Below are positions 16,952-23,263 of a stretch of DNA of 64,000 nt, in pieces. The stretch covers positions 1 to 64,000 of IMG/VR virus record IMGVR_UViG_3300003690_000003, one strand, 5' to 3'. Made by a program: the position numbers and the translations under genes. The number at the start of each line of letters is the position of its first letter. The first letter of the stretch is position 1. The stretch comes from a virus. A model generated the notes under the pieces. It was not told the origin of the DNA. It saw only the letters and a program-made list of their open reading frames with translations, and did no database searches.

Positions 16952-17037
16952 TGGTAGCGCGGGCGGGACTCGAACCCGCAAGCCCCACGGGCGGCAGATT
17001 TTGAGTCTGCTGTGTATACCAGTTCCACCACCGCGCC
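16952..17037 (-). tRNA. tRNA-Leu (anticodon CAA)
   Basis: Acceptor GGCGCGG/CCGCGCT, GCAGA-CTCAAAA-TCTGC, long variable arm, TTCGAGT, CCA. Confidence 0.93.
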
Positions 17038-17043
17038 AAGCTG

Positions 17044-17313
17044 TTACTTCTTTCTTTTCTCGTAAGATTCTTTTGCTTTGCCGTTGATCGCACCAATGTC
17101 TTCCAGGAAGTCAGACATCTGCTCGTCCCGTTGCCCTCTGGCGGCGCTGGCGACGACGAGGGCGATGTACGCCCGGGGCACCCGCCCGTCGGGCACATTG
17201 GGCATTTGCCCCATTTTTAGGTTCTCGCGGATCTCTTTATCGGTGTTACCGTAAGGCGACCACCAACTTCCATCTACGTAGTATACTTTTCCATCGGTTT
17301 TCATCAGGCTCAT
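17044..17313 (-). CDS. hypothetical protein, paralog of 16413-16691
   Basis: WWSPYGNTDKEIRENLKMGQMPNVPD. Confidence 0.65.
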   Translation of the reverse strand: MSLMKTDGKVYYVDGSWWSPYGNTDKEIRENLKMGQMPNVPDGRVPRAYIALVVASAARGQRDEQMSDFLEDIGAINGKAKESYEKRKK

Positions 17314-17351
17314 ATTTGCTTCCTGTGAGGGGTGTCCATCTTTCTATCTTA

Positions 17352-17588
17352 CTACAACGCAGAACGTCTGTCAAGACTTTTTTCCACTATTTTGCTCACC
17401 AACTCAAAATCATCCGTGAATACCTCGCGTGTCGATCTTCCAAATTGTACGCGGCCGATGGTATAAACGTATCCATACTTTGCGTGCTCTATAGGCCAAG
17501 AATCAAGAAATATGCCAACTTTGGGATCCCGAAGATCCCTTATAACTCCATCTTTGAACATTACGAGATCACCCGCTGAGAACTTCAT
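17352..17588 (-). CDS. GDLV-family small protein
   Basis: FSAGDLVMF...VGIF...FELVSK. Confidence 0.72.
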   Translation of the reverse strand: MKFSAGDLVMFKDGVIRDLRDPKVGIFLDSWPIEHAKYGYVYTIGRVQFGRSTREVFTDDFELVSKIVEKSLDRRSAL

Positions 17589-17757
17589 CTGCCCTGCTTA
17601 CAAGTTTAAACTCGCCGTCTATTACTTCTTTTGGAAAAAGACTTTCTTCGTTATCTCGCACTGACCGTAAATGGTAGCTATATTCTCCAACTTCCGTCAC
17701 AAGCCAGCGGATAATTAACTTTTTGTTTTCTATGATGTCGCCTACTTTAAAGTTCAT
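17569..17757 (-). CDS. GDLV-family small protein
   Basis: MNFKVGDII...FKLVSR. Confidence 0.72.
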   Translation of the reverse strand: MNFKVGDIIENKKLIIRWLVTEVGEYSYHLRSVRDNEESLFPKEVIDGEFKLVSRADEVLSG

Positions 17758-18226
17758 AATATGTGTCGGGCGTCCTCTCTATTAACAGCCGGTGACTGTA
17801 ATGATTTTGCTCGATTGCTGTTTTTCTCCTATGACACGAAGCGCATCGTGTTTCACACTTGTCAAGTTCTGCTTCAATCCGCAGCCAGCCGTAACCTTGT
17901 CCCAAAAGGCTCGATATGTCTTTATCTTTGTCGCGCATATGATCGCTCTCTAAAACGCGTGGATCTGCTTCTCCGCAATCTACACAGGGATTCTCCAAAT
18001 AATGTCGAAGGAGCTTGTGTCGATTTTCTTCGATTCGCTTTGCTTTACATGCGCCAATCTTTTTAATTTGACTTGTGCGATTCTTTTTATAATACTCTCT
18101 ATTACGCTGGTGCGTACATTGTCGGCACTGAGTTTGGTGCCCATCTTTGCGGTTGGCCGCTTTGTTATATTCGCTTAACGGCTTTTCTTGTTTACACAAA
18201 GTACATTTTTTTGATTCTGTTTTCAT
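17747..18226 (-). CDS. HNH endonuclease
   Basis: CTLC/CRQC N-terminal Zn site; CVDCGE...LESDH...CETRCASCHRRKT; starts 10 nt after tRNA-Lys. Confidence 0.8.
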   Translation of the reverse strand: MKTESKKCTLCKQEKPLSEYNKAANRKDGHQTQCRQCTHQRNREYYKKNRTSQIKKIGACKAKRIEENRHKLLRHYLENPCVDCGEADPRVLESDHMRDKDKDISSLLGQGYGWLRIEAELDKCETRCASCHRRKTAIEQNHYSHRLLIERTPDTYYEL

Positions 18227-18235
18227 AACAAAAGT

Positions 18236-18311
18236 TGGAGGGCCGGGTGGGACTCGAACCCACAACAAGAAGATTAAAAGTCTCCTACTCTGCCTGTTGA
18301 GTTACCGGCCC
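18236..18311 (-). tRNA. tRNA-Lys (anticodon UUU)
   Basis: Acceptor GGGCCGG/CCGGCCC, GGAGA-CTTTTAA-TCTTC, TTCGAGT, CCA. Confidence 0.93.
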
Positions 18312-18329
18312 ATTCATCCTTACACCCTT

Positions 18330-18358
18330 ATCGTAACACTGTTTTGGCATAAAGTCAA
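18330..18358 (-). promoter_or_regulatory. sigma70 promoter upstream of tRNA-Lys
   Basis: TTGACT-17-TACGAT. Confidence 0.65.
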
Positions 18359-18546
18359 CAGTTCTTTTTCATTTCTTTGGCTGCACTCACAATCTCTAAC
18401 CAATTGTGTGCATAGTTTTCTGTAAGATAAGGAGGCTGAAGCCACTGAATACTTATATGCCCCGTCACAGGACCTACGGCCACCACTAGTGCCAAATCGT
18501 CGCCGGCTGGATCACGAACCAAGTCACCTACTTTAAATCGCTCCAC
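18355..18546 (-). CDS. GDLV-family small protein
   Basis: FKVGDLVR...SIQW...LEIVS. Confidence 0.75.
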   Translation of the reverse strand: MERFKVGDLVRDPAGDDLALVVAVGPVTGHISIQWLQPPYLTENYAHNWLEIVSAAKEMKKNC

Positions 18547-18757
18547 TTACAACCTCAAATGGTGCATAAGGCAACTCATCCCGCCACCTATCATCATATT
18601 CCGAAGTACCGTAGTAAGGGTGCACTCCACTAAACCAGTTAATCTTTACCTTTTCAGCATTCACTTCAAGAAGAATACCGAGCCAGTTGGCGCAGTATCC
18701 CAGTCCTGGGGTAGAAGTATGTTCCTTTGAAAATCTGACCAAATCACCGATTTTCAT
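18533..18757 (-). CDS. GDLV-family small protein
   Basis: MKIGDLVRF...LGILL...KINW...FEVVS. Confidence 0.78.
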   Translation of the reverse strand: MKIGDLVRFSKEHTSTPGLGYCANWLGILLEVNAEKVKINWFSGVHPYYGTSEYDDRWRDELPYAPFEVVSGAI

Positions 18758-18951
18758 TAGTTGCTTTCCAAACCTATTTTAATGGCTTCCGCCAGCGTAT
18801 CAAAGTAATAGTAAGCCATTTCAGTGTATCCCATTGTGGGATGATACACCTTATAAAGAAGTTCGTTCTCATGGGGATCGAGGCGCTGTCCAACGAAAAG
18901 GCATATGCCCCCTGGAGTGCAGCACATCCAAATGAGATCACCGGTTTTCAC
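18757..18951 (-). CDS. GDLV-family small protein
   Basis: MKTGDLIW. Confidence 0.72.
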   Translation of the reverse strand: MKTGDLIWMCCTPGGICLFVGQRLDPHENELLYKVYHPTMGYTEMAYYYFDTLAEAIKIGLESN

Positions 18952-19093
18952 TTAGAACCTCCACTGCTTTTGGAGAAGTCCAAAAGGTTCCGTACTGTCC
19001 ATCCCACCGGACTTTTATATACAGGCCATTCGTTTCAACCACTATCCCCAGGCGCGTAGCACTATATCTTCTTACCAAATCACCAACCTTCAT
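18938..19093 (-). CDS. GDLV-family small protein (51 aa, below cutoff)
   Basis: Manual translation MKVGDLVRRYSATRLGIVVETNGLYIKVRWDGQYGTFWTSPKAVEVLSENR. Confidence 0.78.
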   Translation of the reverse strand: MKVGDLVRRYSATRLGIVVETNGLYIKVRWDGQYGTFWTSPKAVEVLSENR

Positions 19094-19260
19094 GCGCTGC
19101 TTACCTCGTTTAACTCTGCTTTGTCACACAAAGTTCTGCATCCATAATCATCAAAGCAAACCAAGTAGGCGCCATTTTTATGATCGAGAATAATAAGACC
19201 CAAGTAACCGTGCATCGCACGGTGGGGGTTTCTCAGTCTGACCAGAGATCCTACTGTCAT
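19090..19260 (-). CDS. GDLV-family small protein (56 aa, below cutoff)
   Basis: Manual translation MTVGSLVRLRNPHRAMHGYLGLIILDHKNGAYLVCFDDYGCRTLCDKAELNEVSSA; leaderless. Confidence 0.72.
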   Translation of the reverse strand: MTVGSLVRLRNPHRAMHGYLGLIILDHKNGAYLVCFDDYGCRTLCDKAELNEVSSA

Positions 19261-19266
19261 GCTACT

Positions 19267-19295
19267 AGCATAGCACGGCTAGCAACTGCTGTCAA
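19267..19295 (-). promoter_or_regulatory. leaderless sigma70 promoter
   Basis: TTGACA-17-TATGCT-6-ATG. Confidence 0.75.
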
Positions 19296-19303
19296 GAGAA
19301 AAA

Positions 19304-19555
19304 TCAGTCGCCCACGTCGCTATAGCGTTGAGCAAACTTATTAAGAGCGGCGCGCATTTCTTCCAGCGTCTTCCCTCCCATGTATTCTTGTAGCTCCCTT
19401 ATGAAAACCTTCTCAAATCTCTTCTGGCTCCATCTTTTTAGTCCTTGGCTTTTCATAAATTGCTTCTTGAACTTATCATCAATCTCAAAATAGACAGTAT
19501 GAGTACCGTCCCCGTTGTCGACCTCATTGGTTATAGGAAGGTTAAAGGTCTCCAC
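19304..19555 (-). CDS. hypothetical protein
   Basis: 83 aa, GLKRWSQKRFEK. Confidence 0.55.
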   Translation of the reverse strand: METFNLPITNEVDNGDGTHTVYFEIDDKFKKQFMKSQGLKRWSQKRFEKVFIRELQEYMGGKTLEEMRAALNKFAQRYSDVGD

Positions 19556-19557
19556 TT

Positions 19558-20211
19558 CTATAACTTTCGATAGGCTTCAACGGTAATAGGGTATAGTTTT
19601 TCAATAATATTTAATATGGTCTCCGCAACTTTTTGGATCTCCCACTGGGCGCTTTCGTCCAGACGCAGATCAATGAACTTTAAAATATTGTTTAGATTCG
19701 CAGTCGCGTAGTATTCCGTATACATATTCTGAGGCAAAATACCCCTGGCCTGCTCTCGGCACACACCTTCCGTGAGCAACCACTCGTATAGCTCCAGAGA
19801 ACTTTCGTGGTGGCCCTGGACCAGGGCCCTGACTACGGGATTTTTAATATACTCGTCGCTGCTCGCTTGTCGATTGTTCTGGTGCTGTATTCTCAACTGT
19901 TTGGGTTCATAGAACCGAATGTCAAAATCTGTGTATCGTCTGCTGATTTCATTGTAAGACCACGTTCTGTGTCTCATGTGCTGTCGAGCAACAAACAAAG
20001 GAACCTTTATTCTGAAGGTGACACTACAATGTTCGAGCACAGAAGTATGTTTGTGCTCTATAAGATAGTTTATTAGCTTCTTATCTTTTTTCTGCAGTTC
20101 CAACTTTTGTTTGCCAAATGAAACGCGCGCGCTGTTTACTACAGTGAGATCCGTTCCGACGTGGTGGACCAATTCGACGTTACCTATACCATCCTCATAG
20201 AGATCGACCAT
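19558..20211 (-). CDS. thyX: FAD-dependent thymidylate synthase
   Basis: VNSARVS, HTSVLEH, RHRTWSYNEISRRY ThyX motif, EQARGILP, AQWEI. Confidence 0.95.
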   Translation of the reverse strand: MVDLYEDGIGNVELVHHVGTDLTVVNSARVSFGKQKLELQKKDKKLINYLIEHKHTSVLEHCSVTFRIKVPLFVARQHMRHRTWSYNEISRRYTDFDIRFYEPKQLRIQHQNNRQASSDEYIKNPVVRALVQGHHESSLELYEWLLTEGVCREQARGILPQNMYTEYYATANLNNILKFIDLRLDESAQWEIQKVAETILNIIEKLYPITVEAYRKL

Positions 20212-20216
20212 GAGTT

Positions 20217-20477
20217 TTACCTTCCTATTCTGTCGCAGTGGAGATCATCATAGCGCATGAGCAACTTTAATCTGTGAGCTGCAGCGGCTGTCGCGCCGGA
20301 GTGTGGAATTATGTTTGGCTGAAACATTCTTTTCGAGCTGTCCGGCGAATCTATGAGCTCATAACTTTTATTTATCTGCTCCACCAACACATCACAGGCA
20401 TGGCCGCGATCAGGCTCGCAGTGGGTGAATATCAAGAACAAAGCAAAATACAAGGAACCAGCTACGTTGGTTGTCAC
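20217..20477 (-). CDS. hypothetical protein with hydrophobic N-terminus
   Basis: 86 aa. Confidence 0.45.
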   Translation of the reverse strand: MTTNVAGSLYFALFLIFTHCEPDRGHACDVLVEQINKSYELIDSPDSSKRMFQPNIIPHSGATAAAAHRLKLLMRYDDLHCDRIGR

Positions 20478-21217
20478 TCTGAAAACTTCAAAAATACCTC
20501 GCCGTAGCGTCGTCGTGCTTCGGCGGTGCTGGTTGGGGAGGTACGCACTCTGAAAACTAGTTCTTTGCTTTCGTCCAGCGCGGTAAAGCGATGACGCGGA
20601 CCACGCCTCATTTGGGTGTAAAACTGTTGTTTGAGATCGTTGATTGTGAAAGTATCGAACTGCATATCGATCGAACCATCGGGCCTAATCCAATACGCAC
20701 CTTCGTCAACATCATCAGGAGGCTTATAAAAGAAACTATCTTGACCGTATTTATCTGCAAGAACCATGCCAACGCTTTTTAGTTCTTCGTGATCGCCACC
20801 CTGCTCTGGGCGCGCAACAATAATGACAGAGTTTTCTGGCTTTTCCGTATCAACTTTAACTATTTCGCCTTCTTCATCCTTGACGGGTTCTCCTGTCTCG
20901 GGATCGATCAAGTCTTCTTTGTAACCGCCAAGTGTAGGTATGTAACCAAACCCTGCGGTCCGAACATCTGAAAGAAACTGCTCCATATTCTCTCTGTTCA
21001 CCCTGTCTTGAATAGCCGTATCCTCTTCAGAGCATTCTTTTCCGGGTGCGAGGCCGAGTTCTGCCTCACAGGACCGATCACTCGTTAATATAATGTATCC
21101 TCTATCACCGTAGTCGGTTACTATTCGGCTGAATGCGGTTTCGTTGAGAATACGATATTTCCAGTTATTATCGGCAAGATATTTGTTCCAACTTTCAAAT
21201 AGCTGTTTCATCTGCAT
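20474..21217 (-). CDS. hypothetical protein (MKxLxExW N-terminus)
   Basis: 247 aa; TSDR, GGYKE, YGQDS motifs; ACTATTTA upstream. Confidence 0.7.
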   Translation of the reverse strand: MQMKQLFESWNKYLADNNWKYRILNETAFSRIVTDYGDRGYIILTSDRSCEAELGLAPGKECSEEDTAIQDRVNRENMEQFLSDVRTAGFGYIPTLGGYKEDLIDPETGEPVKDEEGEIVKVDTEKPENSVIIVARPEQGGDHEELKSVGMVLADKYGQDSFFYKPPDDVDEGAYWIRPDGSIDMQFDTFTINDLKQQFYTQMRRGPRHRFTALDESKELVFRVRTSPTSTAEARRRYGEVFLKFSE

Positions 21218-21231
21218 ACCTTAAATAGTTC

Positions 21232-21414
21232 TTAGCGAATGACACGACCGAGTTCATTTGCTTTATGAGTCGTCACGGGTTGTCGAGGATCTATTCTGTC
21301 ATGCCAATCAACAATATAAAAAAGTTCATCATCTAATTTCATACTTCCCACCACTTCTCCGATTCTTCCCGTGCCACGCTGGACTACCAGCTCTCCTACA
21401 CTAAATAACCTCAT
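21232..21414 (-). CDS. GDLV-family small protein
   Basis: FSVGELV...IGEVV...IVDW. Confidence 0.68.
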   Translation of the reverse strand: MRLFSVGELVVQRGTGRIGEVVGSMKLDDELFYIVDWHDRIDPRQPVTTHKANELGRVIR

Positions 21415-21670
21415 CGTTGAAAACTTTATCAGCGAACTCTTTTGTATATTTTAACCGGCTGAAACCGTAGTTGTCTTCATCAAGATCAAACTCTTTTTGT
21501 ATCTGCCTGGCAAAAGCGCGGAGCGTTTTAATAAACGCGATCTTTCCGAACGATTTGTCATAACGCCTTGGGTAGCGACTCAAATACTTTTCAGCAAGAT
21601 GATCGATAATCTTGACGGTACTTTCCATGCCCGTCCGGTCATCAGTATCAAAAACGATGTGTGTCTTCAT
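21401..21670 (-). CDS. hypothetical protein
   Basis: 89 aa; KIAFIKTLR...LKYTKEFAD loosely L7/L12-CTD-like. Confidence 0.5.
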   Translation of the reverse strand: MKTHIVFDTDDRTGMESTVKIIDHLAEKYLSRYPRRYDKSFGKIAFIKTLRAFARQIQKEFDLDEDNYGFSRLKYTKEFADKVFNDEVI

Positions 21671-21863
21671 CTCGTACCTTTTTAAACATATCGGGCGCTA
21701 TTGTCAGTGCCCATTGAGTGTCTGTAAATACAATCTTGATCCAGTTAAGACCCATAGTGTCTACTACAGCTTTTCGGCCCACCAACGTGCCTGGAAAGTT
21801 ATTGGGGTGGGTCTTCTCTGTATCCACTTCCACTATATCGCCAATCGCAAAGGGTAAACTCAT
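21648..21863 (-). CDS. GDLV-family small protein
   Basis: FAIGDIVEV. Confidence 0.65.
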   Translation of the reverse strand: MSLPFAIGDIVEVDTEKTHPNNFPGTLVGRKAVVDTMGLNWIKIVFTDTQWALTIAPDMFKKVRDEDTHRF

Positions 21864-22069
21864 TTTTTCTCCACTTTATCTAATTTCTTTCCTTGCACAT
21901 TGCAAAAAAGAGTGATTGCAGTTGCTTCTAGCCTCTTCAAGCTATATCTTATCTTTTTACCGACCTTCTGGACCGAATAGATTTCCCACAGTCCTGACGA
22001 TTTGTAATCCTTCACCCGAACATGGTCGCCTTCTACAAACTTTTGTTTCGGTACCATCTGTGTCTCCAC
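21860..22069 (-). CDS. GDLV-family-like small protein
   Basis: FVEGDHVRV. Confidence 0.6.
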   Translation of the reverse strand: METQMVPKQKFVEGDHVRVKDYKSSGLWEIYSVQKVGKKIRYSLKRLEATAITLFCNVQGKKLDKVEKK

Positions 22070-22205
22070 GCATCCTCACAAAACCCCGTATGATTTAAAT
22101 GTCTGATGCAATCAGTATTATAACGACTTATCCTAGGGCACTCCCGAATTTCAACGCCAGGGAGTTTTCCGAGTAGTTTCCTCCAAAGATTAATGAGGCT
22201 CCTTT

Positions 22206-22370
22206 TCATTTCTTTTTCTTGCGCTCCGCATCTTCTTTCATAATTTCACGCAATCGGCGCTTGATATAGGGGTGTTCTTCTTCGAGGTTACCGTACCGCG
22301 GTAGGATTTCCCCTCGTAACTCAGCCAAGCGTCGTTTTATATACACTTCGGTCCGTTCTTCTATTGTCAT
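22206..22370 (-). CDS. small hypothetical protein
   Basis: MTIEERTEV..., GAGGAG SD. Confidence 0.5.
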   Translation of the reverse strand: MTIEERTEVYIKRRLAELRGEILPRYGNLEEEHPYIKRRLREIMKEDAERKKKK

Positions 22371-22389
22371 CTCCTCTATAGTATCACGA

Positions 22390-22620
22390 TTACTCATCGG
22401 AGTCAACAACTCCTTGTATTTTTTTAAGATAATGCTCCATTATTTTAAACTTCATGCCATTAAAAAACGTTACGTGCCATACGTTGCGGTCCGACTTCTT
22501 GCTCTTTTTCGCAATTCCTGTGAGAAGACCTGTTCCCTGGGGGATACCATTACCACTCTTTGCAGGATGTTCAACTATATCCCCTAGCTTCAACGGCTCC
22601 TTTTTAGAAAAGTTCACCAT
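22390..22620 (-). CDS. GDLV-family small protein
   Basis: LKLGDIV...TGLL...WHVTF. Confidence 0.65.
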   Translation of the reverse strand: MVNFSKKEPLKLGDIVEHPAKSGNGIPQGTGLLTGIAKKSKKSDRNVWHVTFFNGMKFKIMEHYLKKIQGVVDSDE

Positions 22621-22622
22621 TT

Positions 22623-22865
22623 TTAACAGGATTTTGGAGCCGGTTCGCCGTGAGACCGATACACCGACTCAAGCTGAAGGTTTTTTGTAGAGTTCCATTT
22701 AAAAAGATTCTCCAAAGAAAACTTTTTGACCCAATGCACTTTTATTTTGCCGTGTTCGTCGGGGCCCCCAACCACCACTCCTAATGCCCCTTGATAAGGT
22801 CCCAACAATTGTAACTGGGACGCCTGATAGGACACCAAATCACCTTTTTTTAGCTTCCTATCCAT
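22623..22865 (-). CDS. GDLV-family small protein
   Basis: KKGDLVSY...LGVVV...KVHW. Confidence 0.72.
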   Translation of the reverse strand: MDRKLKKGDLVSYQASQLQLLGPYQGALGVVVGGPDEHGKIKVHWVKKFSLENLFKWNSTKNLQLESVYRSHGEPAPKSC

Positions 22866-23260
22866 TACACATCCAGTTGCGGATTACTGAAGTATTCTTG
22901 TTCACCATCATCCCACGTCAGAATGCTGGAGTTCCCGGGATGCGGCTTGATGTGGATCTTAATAAAATCAGCCATCGAATCAAAAATAGCTAATGCGCCG
23001 CGGGGTGCTGGTGTAAGCCAATGAATAACGGCTTGACCAGTCGCCAGCACGACTCCTTCGATCACAACGCCCACCCCAGATATTCCTGTTTCATCGTGCT
23101 GCCTGGCAATCGTAAATGTACGAATACCTTGAGGAGCCTGTGCCGCGGGGCGCTTTGGTTTAAGAACTTCCGGCTCGGTTGAAACTTCCTCTTTAATATC
23201 TTCTTTAACCTCTTCAACTGTTTTTGCTGTAGTTCTTTTTTTAGTGGTTTTTTTTGCCAA
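22865..23260 (-). CDS. conserved phage hypothetical protein
   Basis: RQHDETGISGVGVVIEGV...W...IH. Confidence 0.7.
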   Translation of the reverse strand: MAKKTTKKRTTAKTVEEVKEDIKEEVSTEPEVLKPKRPAAQAPQGIRTFTIARQHDETGISGVGVVIEGVVLATGQAVIHWLTPAPRGALAIFDSMADFIKIHIKPHPGNSSILTWDDGEQEYFSNPQLDV

Positions 23261-23263
23261 GAC

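Larger units (their letters stand above)
18744..19093 (-). repeat. junction repeat, cluster 4
   Basis: Exact copy at 18744; variants at 18938, 19080. Confidence 0.85.

Noticed and set aside
16941-17198. 85-aa ORF and N-terminal extensions running through tRNAs
   Set aside because: They overlap canonical tRNA-Leu or tRNA-Lys genes; true starts lie downstream of the CCA ends.
6805-19093. CRISPR array interpretation of the periodic repeat
   Set aside because: Repeat core is only 13-14 nt and degenerate, spacers are 120-190 nt and protein-coding in frame, and there are no cas genes in the window.
6264-19260. Classical integron cassette array
   Set aside because: No intergenic attC-like palindromes between cassettes (the genes overlap) and no integron integrase is visible in this window.
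1-22865. Diversity-generating retroelement as the source of variation
   Set aside because: No reverse transcriptase in the window and no TR/VR pair differing only at adenines; cassette bodies differ throughout and in length.
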